A DNA stretch of 64,000 nucleotides from contig JACCVY010000196.1 of assembly GCA_013697915.1 (NCBI GenBank), forward strand, positions 1,935 through 65,934, in the 5' to 3' direction. Below the pieces are notes generated by a model that made no database searches, was not told where the DNA came from, and was given only the letters and a program-made list of their open reading frames with translations. Positions 38,157 to 45,875 of this stretch are shown in pieces (the first letter of the stretch is position 1; each line of letters starts with the position of its first letter). The position numbers and the translations under genes were made by a program. The stretch comes from Blastocatellia bacterium (lineage in GTDB: Bacteria > Acidobacteriota > Blastocatellia > Pyrinomonadales > Pyrinomonadaceae).

Positions 38157-38269
38157 TGAGCGAGCGTCAAGAAGTTCAGAGTCCAAGCTTTAGCTTGCTT
38201 CTCACCAGCGCAAGAGCAACCTAAAGGTTGTACTCTGAACTTCTTGACGCTCGCTCATAATTCATTACT
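38145..38269. repeat. long inverted repeat enclosing a gttcagagt element
   Basis: 38156-38182 is a perfect 27-nt reverse complement of 38232-38258, and the arms extend imperfectly to 38145 and 38269. The inner stem-loops are ccaagc-ttta-gcttg and caacc-taaa-ggttg. Confidence 0.85.
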
Positions 38270-38296
38270 TATCACTAATAGATCGACATCAACCTA

Positions 38297-38758
38297 ATGC
38301 CTGAATACATTTCTTATCTGCCTCACGTAAATGCAATACTGAATTCAACCAGCGCGATCCTTTTGATCGCCGGATACTGCCTTATTCGCAAGGGAAGAAA
38401 AAATGCGCACCGCAACTGCCAACTGACGGCGTTCGCGACGTCCACTCTATTCCTAATTAGCTATCTCACATACCACTACTATCACGGTGCGACGCGGTTT
38501 CCCGGGCAGGGAATTGTGCGCCCGCTCTATTTTACAATTCTATTGACCCATACGATTCTCGCCGTGGTTATTGTGCCGCTGATTTTGGTGACGCTTTACC
38601 GGGCGGCCCGGGGGGACTTCATAGGGCACCGCCGCATTGCTCGCTGGACGCTGCCGCTGTGGTTATATGTTTCCGTCACTGGCGTCATTGTGTACCTAAT
38701 GCTGTATCACCTTTATCCTCAGCCTCCGCTGCTCAGTATTATCCATCTTCCCATCTAG
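38297..38758 (+). CDS. DUF420 family membrane protein (CtaM-like oxidase accessory protein)
   Basis: 153 aa with four TM helices. The N-terminus LPHVNAILNSTSAILLIAGY...IRKG is typical of DUF420. Confidence 0.8.
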   Translation: MPEYISYLPHVNAILNSTSAILLIAGYCLIRKGRKNAHRNCQLTAFATSTLFLISYLTYHYYHGATRFPGQGIVRPLYFTILLTHTILAVVIVPLILVTLYRAARGDFIGHRRIARWTLPLWLYVSVTGVIVYLMLYHLYPQPPLLSIIHLPI

Positions 38759-38772
38759 CTTAGGTTTTTTGA

Positions 38773-39657
38773 ATGACCGGCAACGGAAACAACCCTGAAG
38801 TAAAGATCACCACTCCGCCAGTGAAACGCATTCGTGCCTCTGGTCCAATCCTAATCCTTGCCATCCTGTTCGTAGTTGCGTCTTTCCTAACCTGGTACCT
38901 GACCTGGTTTGGCCGCGGCCTTTCAGATGCCGAAATCACCAAATACTTATCCGACTACAACCATCCGCGTCACGTTCAGCACGCGCTGTTGCAAGTTCAG
39001 GAACGCATCGAGCGACGCGATACGATGGCGGCGCAATGGTATCCGCAGATCGTTGCCCTAGCCGGGAACCCGGAAACGGAGTTGCGGCTGACCGCGGCCT
39101 GGGTGATGGGCTCGGACAACACCTCGGAAGAGTTTCACAACACATTGAAGAAGTTGTTGGCGGATCCGCAGCCGATCGTACGCAGGAATGCCGCGCTGGC
39201 GTTGGTGAGATTCAACGACCCGAGTAGCCGCTCGGAACTGTTGGCTATGCTCACTCCATTTATTCTGACTGCGTCTGTAAATGGCACTCTTGAGAGCAGT
39301 CTGTTGAAAGCGGCGCCCGTAAGTAGAGGCACTCTGCTCGCTCGCATTCGACAGCCAAATAATGAGGTCGCGGCACTGCGCTCGCCGCTATCCGGATCAA
39401 TCCACAGCATAATGATTACGACTGGCGCAACCGTCACGACCGGCCAACCGGTTCTGACGATCAAGTCTGATGAGCAAAGTGTTTGGGAGGCATTACGCGC
39501 ACTCGCAGTGGTGGGAACGCCTGACGATTTGCAGGTGATTGCAGACTACGCGAGCGGTACTGCGACCAGCAGCGACCGTATAAAACAACAAGCGACTCTG
39601 ACGGCGAGTGCCATCAAGAGCCGCATGAATACTAACGAGAAGTCTATTACGCAGTAG
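38773..39657 (+). CDS. membrane-anchored HEAT-repeat protein with an inserted biotinyl/lipoyl-like barrel lacking the modified Lys
   Basis: It has an N-terminal TM helix and HEAT-like repeats (VRRNAALALVRFNDPSSRSELL). LRSPLSGSIHSIMITTGATVTTGQPVLTIKS resembles a barrel-sandwich hybrid motif. Confidence 0.6.
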   Translation: MTGNGNNPEVKITTPPVKRIRASGPILILAILFVVASFLTWYLTWFGRGLSDAEITKYLSDYNHPRHVQHALLQVQERIERRDTMAAQWYPQIVALAGNPETELRLTAAWVMGSDNTSEEFHNTLKKLLADPQPIVRRNAALALVRFNDPSSRSELLAMLTPFILTASVNGTLESSLLKAAPVSRGTLLARIRQPNNEVAALRSPLSGSIHSIMITTGATVTTGQPVLTIKSDEQSVWEALRALAVVGTPDDLQVIADYASGTATSSDRIKQQATLTASAIKSRMNTNEKSITQ

Positions 39658-40021
39658 GCGGTGGCGGTGGCAAATCGGGGAGCGCAATGCCGTGCACGGC
39701 TTCCCAGTCGTCGGTCGGTACCATTTCAATCGCGTCCCAGGGACAGCCATCAAGGAAAGCGCCATCCGGTCCTTTGCTGATGCATTTCTGGCAGCCGATA
39801 CAGAGATAGGGATCGACTTCGATGCGGCCGAACGGCGGATGATCCTCGTCGGGTATCCAGAACATGCACGCCTCGATGGGACAGTACTCTATGCATGCCG
39901 GCGAGCCTGCGCACCCGGTGCAGCAGTCAGTCGTGATCGCAAGTATGCGTGGCTTCTTCTTACGCGCAGCTTTGCCGTCGCCAACCGACATGGGCCAATG
40001 CTTTTCTACGATGTCGTACAT
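39647..40021 (-). CDS. 4Fe-4S ferredoxin-type protein
   Basis: Cys clusters CTGCAGSPACIEYCP and CIGCQKC...CP. I prefer the ATG at the complement of 40019-40021, because the extra 36 codons in the track lie in a stutter tract. Confidence 0.8.
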   Translation of the reverse strand: MYDIVEKHWPMSVGDGKAARKKKPRILAITTDCCTGCAGSPACIEYCPIEACMFWIPDEDHPPFGRIEVDPYLCIGCQKCISKGPDGAFLDGCPWDAIEMVPTDDWEAVHGIALPDLPPPPPTA

Positions 40022-40027
40022 GCAAAT

Positions 40028-40127
40028 CAGTTTCGAGTTTTGAGTTTCAAGTTGCAAAGCACCAAGCAGGAGATTGGAGCACAATTTATTCTGGCTTCTG
40101 ACTCCTGAATTCTGACTTCTGAACTTC
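40028..40127. repeat. two stutter tracts with no evident complementary partner
   Basis: The tracts are cagtttcgagttttgagtttcaagttg (40028-40054) and ttctggcttctgactcctgaattctgacttctgaacttc (40089-40127). I could not pair them by eye. Confidence 0.4.
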
Positions 40128-40251
40128 AATCTAACATAGCTCTGCTAAATTCCTCAACGATTTGTGTTTTTGATGACTAGCCTTGCTGCTAAAGCCCCGA
40201 AAGGTTTACAACGTCTGCAGCTAATGCCAGCAAACGACGAGGAGAGAGAAC

Positions 40252-41010
40252 ATGGAAACAATAGCAGGGATCTTTCAATCACGCGAGCAAGCCGAGAAAG
40301 CGATACAGCAAATACATTTGATCGGAGTTCGCAACGATCGAATCGCGCTGCTCACGCCAAACACAACTGCACAAGAAGCCGAGCGCGCAGTACCCACTGC
40401 TGACAGCGAACAACCAGGAATAGGGAAAGCGATGGGAGGCACGGTCGGTGGTGCGATGGGCGTGGCCGGTGGCGCGTCGCTAGGCGCAGCCGCCGCGAGC
40501 CTTTTGGTGCCGGGCGTGGGGCCAGTTATCGCCGGAGCGATTCTAGGCGCCGCAATCCTCGGCGCGGGAGGAACGGCCGCAGGCATGGCAGCGGGCGAAG
40601 CGTTGGAAGAGGGACTTGTTTCCGGCTTGCCGCACGACGAGTTGTACTTGTACGAGGACGCCGTCAGTAAGGGCCGCTCGGTCGTGATTGCATTCGTGGA
40701 GCACGATGAAATGCTGGAGGCTGCTCGGGCCGCGCTAAAAAACGCGGGCGCCGAGAGCATAGACGCAGCGCGCGACGATTGGTGGCTGTCATTGCGCGAC
40801 GCTGAGGCAGCGGACTATCACGCGACCGGAAAACAATTTGAAAGCGATGAGCCGAGCTATCGCCGTGGTTTTGAAACTGCTTTGCGCCAGCGTGGTGATG
40901 ACATCGCCAGGTTATCTACTTCAGGCGATGTTTTGGACGATGCGTTTAGGCGCGGGTATGAACGCGGCTGCGCTTATCACAAGAGCGTGCGGGAGAGCTA
41001 CAAAGCTTGA
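40252..41010 (+). CDS. YflT/general-stress-protein-like domain protein with a glycine-zipper segment
   Basis: The N-terminus IAGIFQSREQAEKAIQQIHLIGVRNDRIALL is followed by a Gly/Ala-rich hydrophobic stretch. The family assignment is tentative. Confidence 0.5.
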   Translation: METIAGIFQSREQAEKAIQQIHLIGVRNDRIALLTPNTTAQEAERAVPTADSEQPGIGKAMGGTVGGAMGVAGGASLGAAAASLLVPGVGPVIAGAILGAAILGAGGTAAGMAAGEALEEGLVSGLPHDELYLYEDAVSKGRSVVIAFVEHDEMLEAARAALKNAGAESIDAARDDWWLSLRDAEAADYHATGKQFESDEPSYRRGFETALRQRGDDIARLSTSGDVLDDAFRRGYERGCAYHKSVRESYKA

Positions 41011-41018
41011 AAGAGTTA

Positions 41019-41180
41019 ATGTTGAACCTGCTGGTGCTGGTCGCGATACTCGGGTTGAGCGCGCTCGTCACCGGCTGGTTTGCGCGCACGATGTACATTC
41101 GTTGCCTGGGCTGTGGCACTCTTAACGCACGCCGGCGCTCGCAGTGCCGTTCGTGTGAACAAGATCTTTTTCGCGCATAG
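41019..41180 (+). CDS. 53-aa TM plus zinc-ribbon-like miniprotein (not in the ORF track)
   Basis: Hand translation gives MLNLLVLVAILGLSALVTGWFARTMYIRCLGCGTLNARRRSQCRSCEQDLFRA*. It starts 8 nt after the upstream stop. Confidence 0.45.
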   Translation: MLNLLVLVAILGLSALVTGWFARTMYIRCLGCGTLNARRRSQCRSCEQDLFRA

Positions 41181-41228
41181 TTTTGAACCTTGGAATTAAC
41201 GAAGCCGACAATTCTTGCCTGAGTCCGG

Positions 41229-43049
41229 GTGCACAATAATATGGTGAGCGCGAGGAGTGTTTCGTTGGTTCTTGTCCTGGCTTCATTCTTCTTGGCCTTT
41301 CCAATCATCGCAATGTCACAACATCAAACCCCTACAGTTCCTTCTGAGTGGCGCACTTATGCCGAGCAAACCGACTACCGCGAGACGCCGCGCTACGATG
41401 CCACCATCGATTACGCGAAACGACTCGATCGCGCTTCATCGCTGATCAAGTATGAAACGTTCGGCAAAAGCGGTGAAGGCCGCGAGCTGCCGTTGTTGAT
41501 TGCCACCGAACAAGAGACGCTTACACCGGAAGCGGCAAAGCGTGCTCACAAAGCGGTGATCCTGATTCAAGCGTGCATTCACGCGGGCGAGCCCGACGGT
41601 AAAGACGCCGGCTTGGCGCTGTTGCGCGATATCGCGGTAACAAAGACGCGCGCTGGATTGTTGAAAAATGTCGTGGTGCTCTTCATCCCAATTTACAGTC
41701 CCGACGGCCATGAGCGCGTCACTCCTTACAATCGCATTAACCAAAACGGTCCGGCGGAAATGGGTTGGCGCACTACCAGCACTTATCAAAATTTGAATCG
41801 TGATTACATGAAGGCCGACACCCCGGAAACGCGAGCGTGGCTGGCGCTCTGGAACAAATGGCAGCCCGACCTGTTTATCGACTGTCATGTCACTGACGGC
41901 GCTGACTACCAATACAACATTACCTTTCACCACGAACATCACGCGGGTGTGGACGCCGGTGTGCTCGCCTGGGAAAGAGCAGTGTTTGACCAGCGCGTCG
42001 CGGCGAAAACGGAAGCCGCAGGCAACACTGTGTCCTGGTATCTCGAATTCATCGACAATCGCGACCTGCCAAAAGGTATCCGTGACTTCAACGGCAGCCC
42101 GCGTTTCTCGACCGGTTACGTACCACTCAGAAACCGGCCGGCAATTCTGATCGAGACGCACATGCTAAAGAACTATCGGTCGCGCGTGGTCGGCACGTAC
42201 GATTTTCTGCGCTCGGCTTTGGAAGAAGTGAGCAACGATCCACAAAGTTTACTCAAGGTCGTAAAGGAAGCGGACGAGAAAACGATAGCGGCCGGACGCG
42301 CCTATGATCCCGCGCATCCTTACCCTCTTGATTTTGAACTAACTGAGAAGGCGACCCCTTACCACCTGCGCGCGGTTGAGTCGCACACAGAAATGAGCGA
42401 TGTTTCGGGAGCGCCTTATGTAACCTTTGGGACAAAACCGATCGACTTGACGGTGCCGCTCTACAACGACTTTCGCGTGAAGGCCTCTGTTGCCCAACCG
42501 CTTTTTTACATCGTGCCGGCGCAATGGAAAGAAGTCATCGAGGTTATCACGGCGCATGGCCTCATCTTCACTACGCTGAAACAACCGGCCACCATTGAAG
42601 TCGAAAGCTATCGGTTCACCGATGTGAAGTGGCCGAGCGGTCCGTTTGAAGGACGATTAATGCCTTCGTTCAAAGCAGAACCGGTGCGCGAGCATCGCAC
42701 GTTTCCCGCCGGTTCGATTGTTGTTCCTGTGGCACAGCCAGCCGCTCGGGTGGCGATCAATTTATTGGAGCCGGAAGCGCCAGACTCACTGGTCCATTGG
42801 GGTTTCTTCGACGCGATTTTCGAGCAGAAGGAGTATGGCGAGAATTACGTATTGGAGAAATTGGCCCGCGAGATGCTCGCGAAGGATCCGAAACTGCGCG
42901 ACGAGTACCAACAAAAACTGGCGAGTGATCCTAAGTTTGCTGCCAGTCCGCGGGCGCGGCTCGAATTCTTTTATCGCCGTTCGCCTTACTGGGACGCGCA
43001 AATGAATCTTTATCCAGTCGGCCGCATTGTCACACCGCTTGATTTTTAA
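41229..43049 (+). CDS. M14 family metallocarboxypeptidase
   Basis: 606 aa with a signal peptide and the HAGEPDG (HxxE) zinc motif. The start is GTG 41229 or ATG 41241. Confidence 0.85.
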   Translation: MHNNMVSARSVSLVLVLASFFLAFPIIAMSQHQTPTVPSEWRTYAEQTDYRETPRYDATIDYAKRLDRASSLIKYETFGKSGEGRELPLLIATEQETLTPEAAKRAHKAVILIQACIHAGEPDGKDAGLALLRDIAVTKTRAGLLKNVVVLFIPIYSPDGHERVTPYNRINQNGPAEMGWRTTSTYQNLNRDYMKADTPETRAWLALWNKWQPDLFIDCHVTDGADYQYNITFHHEHHAGVDAGVLAWERAVFDQRVAAKTEAAGNTVSWYLEFIDNRDLPKGIRDFNGSPRFSTGYVPLRNRPAILIETHMLKNYRSRVVGTYDFLRSALEEVSNDPQSLLKVVKEADEKTIAAGRAYDPAHPYPLDFELTEKATPYHLRAVESHTEMSDVSGAPYVTFGTKPIDLTVPLYNDFRVKASVAQPLFYIVPAQWKEVIEVITAHGLIFTTLKQPATIEVESYRFTDVKWPSGPFEGRLMPSFKAEPVREHRTFPAGSIVVPVAQPAARVAINLLEPEAPDSLVHWGFFDAIFEQKEYGENYVLEKLAREMLAKDPKLRDEYQQKLASDPKFAASPRARLEFFYRRSPYWDAQMNLYPVGRIVTPLDF

Positions 43050-43152
43050 GGTCCAGGTTTCAAGGTTCAGGTTTCAAGTTGTGGAGCACATACAATCGAG
43101 CCTGGAAAAGTCGGCGTCGAAAACTTGAAACCCGGAACTTGAAAGTTGAAAC
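43050..43152. repeat. hairpin with stuttering arms (gtttcaa/gttcagg words) between convergent genes
   Basis: ggtccaggtttcaaggttcaggtttcaagtt (43050-43080) pairs with aaacttgaaacccggaacttgaaagttgaaac (43121-43152). The complementarity is imperfect. Confidence 0.6.
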
Positions 43153-43153
43153 T

Positions 43154-44101
43154 CTAATGTGACATCGCCTCCGGATCTTCTGACACTTCCTCAACCGCTC
43201 GGCTGCGACTCTTGATCGTTACTACCGCGACGCCCGCAAAAATCAAAACGCAGGACAACAGCGTTCGCGAGTTTAATGTCTCTCCCAGGATTGCCGGCGC
43301 TAAACCAAAAGCAACCAGCGGCTGCAGGTAAATGTAAACCGCGACGATTGTAGGGGCGACTTTCGTGAGCGCCCAGGCATTGAGATAGTAAACAAGCACC
43401 GTGGGCAGCAGCACGATGTAGACAATTGCCAGCCAGGCACTGCCGGGCACATTGCCCAGACCGTCAGTGCGCCAGGAATAAATCGCGAGCGGCAACGTGA
43501 TTATCGCGCTCACCAGAAACAGCCAGGTGATTACGTTGAATGCGCCATACCGCTTCACTAGATCTCTGGAGACGGCAATGTAGGCGCCGTATGAAAACGA
43601 GTTGGCGATGATGAGCAGGTTGCCGCGCGTTGTCGACGCTGAAAACGTAGCCCGGAAGGGATCGACCAGGTAGATAACACCGAGGGCCGCCAGCACGATT
43701 CCGAAAATGTGCCGCAGCGATGCGCGATCATGGCCCATCGCAATGCTGATGACCAGTGTGAAAACCGGGATCGTCGTAGTCAACAGCGTGGCATTAATTA
43801 CTGTTGTATAGGACAAGCCTTTAACAAATAGAAGTTGATTGACCACCACGCCGAGCAAAGCTGAAAGGACAACCCAAGCAAGCACGCGCTTTGGCAAATG
43901 ACGCAGCGGTCCGAACTTTCTGCGAAGCAAAGCAAAAATGATTGCGGCGCCGACTATGCGAAAGCCCACCAGGCTCGTGCTGGAGACTGAGCGCAAGGCG
44001 ATTTTGCCAAAGATGGGCCACGTGCCAAAAAATATTTGCACGATAACCAGAGCGACGTGAGGCGCAATGCCTCGGTCCTTGAAGGAAGTGTCAGAATGCA
44101 T
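43154..44101 (-). CDS. DMT superfamily (EamA-like) transporter
   Basis: Ten TM helices with two EamA repeats. I prefer the ATG at the complement of 44099-44101. The track ORF extends to a TTG at 44125, which lies 4 nt from the start of the repeat element at 44129. Confidence 0.85.
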   Translation of the reverse strand: MHSDTSFKDRGIAPHVALVIVQIFFGTWPIFGKIALRSVSSTSLVGFRIVGAAIIFALLRRKFGPLRHLPKRVLAWVVLSALLGVVVNQLLFVKGLSYTTVINATLLTTTIPVFTLVISIAMGHDRASLRHIFGIVLAALGVIYLVDPFRATFSASTTRGNLLIIANSFSYGAYIAVSRDLVKRYGAFNVITWLFLVSAIITLPLAIYSWRTDGLGNVPGSAWLAIVYIVLLPTVLVYYLNAWALTKVAPTIVAVYIYLQPLVAFGLAPAILGETLNSRTLLSCVLIFAGVAVVTIKSRSRAVEEVSEDPEAMSH

Positions 44102-44128
44102 TAGTGGTACAGAAACTCTGATCAAGTT

Positions 44129-44323
44129 CTTCGACGCGTAGCGTCGGTATGAATTTAGCCCGGTGTTTTAACGCCGGGATCAGCTCATGGCGGTTCTCGT
44201 CGCGTAGCGACGACTGAGTCCGGCCCCATTTTCCAGCGTCGCTACGCGACGGCCTATCTTTTGACTCTTCCTTCCCGGCCTTCAAAGGTCGGGCTAAACT
44301 CGTACCGACGCTACGCGTCGAAG
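44129..44323. mobile_element. MITE-like nested palindromic element with no coding capacity
   Basis: The outer arm cttcgacgcgtagcgtcggta (44129-) is mirrored by taccgacgctacgcgtcgaag (-44323). The arms extend through ttagcccgg / ccgggctaa-like stems. An inner inverted repeat is tcgtcgcgtagcgacg / cgtcgctacgcgacg. Confidence 0.7.
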
Positions 44324-44332
44324 AGACTTATT

Positions 44333-44357
44333 CAGACGTTGCTAACGTCTGTGCTAC
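44333..44357. repeat. stem-loop of the gtctgtgc(c/t)ac family
   Basis: The layout is cagacgtt-gcta-aacgtctg followed by tgctac. Compare 25490-25511 and 35814-35834. Confidence 0.5.
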
Positions 44358-44359
44358 AA

Positions 44360-44388
44360 CAAAAAGGATCGGGCTGCCCCGATCCCCT
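44360..44388 (-). terminator. rho-independent terminator of the pyruvate dehydrogenase operon
   Basis: Stem ggatcggg (44366-73), loop ctgc, stem cccgatcc (44378-85). On the minus strand a U-run follows, corresponding to the A-run at 44361-65. Confidence 0.7.
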
Positions 44389-44412
44389 GTTAAGCCCGCG
44401 CGGTTTGGAGTT

Positions 44413-45732
44413 TCAAACAATCAGGAACAGCGGGTTCTCAAGAATCTTCTTAAAAGTCTGTAGGAACCTGGCGCCGGTTGCGCCATCGATTACGCGATGA
44501 TCGCAGGACATTGTGACCCGCATCATCTGGCGTACCACCACCTCATTATTTCTAACGACCGGCTTTGGCGACATGGCGCCGATGGCGAGAATCGCTCCTT
44601 CCGGCGGATTGATCACGGCGGTGAATTCATCGATGCCAAACATGCCGAGGTTGCTGATCGAAAAGCTTGCGCCCATGTATTCTTCCGGACGCAGCTTGCG
44701 TTCACGAGCGCGTCCGGCAAGGTCACGCACTTCGCTGGCGATGTCGCTCAGCGACTTTTGATCAGCGGCGCGGATAATCGGCGTAACCAAGCCTTCTTCG
44801 ATTGCAACGGCCACACCAATGTCTGCGTGCTCGTAATAGCGCACGAACTTGTCCTGAAAAGAAGCATTGACCTGGCGGTGCTGCAGCAGCGCCGCAGCGG
44901 CGACTTTGATAATAATGTCGTTGACACTGATCTTGAGTTCCGGATCGAGTTCGTTGATGCCGCTGCGCATTTCCGCGGCGCGGTCCATTTCGATTTCAGT
45001 GGTCAGGAAGAAGTGGGGAACTGGTCCCAGCGAAGTGACCAAGCGCTTGGCAATGGTGCGGCGCATTTCGCTCGCCGGTTCGTCGTGATAGGCAGACGCC
45101 GCAGTGATGGCGGACTTCTGGGCTGGACTGCCGACTGCGCGCAGGTGCGTTTGCTTCGTCGCCACACCCGGCGCGGTCGAACCTTGTTGGCTAATCAATC
45201 CTTCGACATCGCGTTTGATGATTCTGCCGCCGGGCCCGCTGCCGTTCACTGAGCGCAAATCTATGCCGGACTCCGCCGCCATGCGCGCGGCCAAAGGCGA
45301 AACGATCAGCCGGCCAGTTGCTGCTTGGGCGACGGGCGCGGGAGTTTGGCGACCATTCCCGCTGGCAGGTGTGTCAGCTTCGGCAGGCGTCGCAGGTTTT
45401 ACTTCCTCGGTTTCTTCCTTTTCAGCGGGCGGGGTCTCGGCTTTCGCAGGCGTAGCTGCGGGCGCCTGGCTGGTAATCGAAGAGATGTCCTCGTCGGGCT
45501 CACCGATGATGGCGATCAACTGGCCCAGCGGCGCGGACTCACCCTCCTGGATGAAAATCTTGCGCAGCACGCCATTGCCTAGCGCCTGCATTTCCATCGT
45601 AGCCTTGTCGGTATCAATCTCCGCGAGCGGCTCGCCCATCGACACCTTGTCGCCCTCTTTCTTGAGCCAGCGAGAGAGTTGGCCCTCTTCCATGGTTGGA
45701 GAGAGCTTGGGCATGATTACCTGAGTTGCCAT
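44413..45732 (-). CDS. pdhC: dihydrolipoamide acetyltransferase (E2)
   Basis: Lipoyl motif EIDTDKATMEM, a Pro/Ala linker, a subunit-binding domain and the catalytic DHRVIDGA motif. Confidence 0.95.
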   Translation of the reverse strand: MATQVIMPKLSPTMEEGQLSRWLKKEGDKVSMGEPLAEIDTDKATMEMQALGNGVLRKIFIQEGESAPLGQLIAIIGEPDEDISSITSQAPAATPAKAETPPAEKEETEEVKPATPAEADTPASGNGRQTPAPVAQAATGRLIVSPLAARMAAESGIDLRSVNGSGPGGRIIKRDVEGLISQQGSTAPGVATKQTHLRAVGSPAQKSAITAASAYHDEPASEMRRTIAKRLVTSLGPVPHFFLTTEIEMDRAAEMRSGINELDPELKISVNDIIIKVAAAALLQHRQVNASFQDKFVRYYEHADIGVAVAIEEGLVTPIIRAADQKSLSDIASEVRDLAGRARERKLRPEEYMGASFSISNLGMFGIDEFTAVINPPEGAILAIGAMSPKPVVRNNEVVVRQMMRVTMSCDHRVIDGATGARFLQTFKKILENPLFLIV

Positions 45733-45741
45733 TCAATCCTC

Positions 45742-45875
45742 GTGAATCGTAAATCGTGAATCGTAAATAGAAGAAAATGGTAAATAGTGAATGGTAAATA
45801 GAATTACAAGTCTGACGATGAGTTGAAACGCCTTTTCTAAAAACTTCTATTTACGATTCACGATTCACGATTTAC
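45742..45875 (-). repeat. 32-bp-stem hairpin with stuttering arms (gtgaatc/gtaaatc words)
   Basis: 45742-45773 matches the reverse complement of 45844-45875 at 30 of 32 positions, and both differences are transitions. The right arm covers the E1 beta stop codon. Confidence 0.75.

Noticed and set aside
44497-45724. Plus-strand ORFs of 251 and 206 aa over the E2 gene; similar antisense ORFs at 41436-42161 and 20607-21197
   Set aside because: They lie opposite strongly supported genes (E2 lipoyl and catalytic motifs, M14 peptidase, acyltransferase) and have low-complexity Ala/Arg/Gly/Ser composition.
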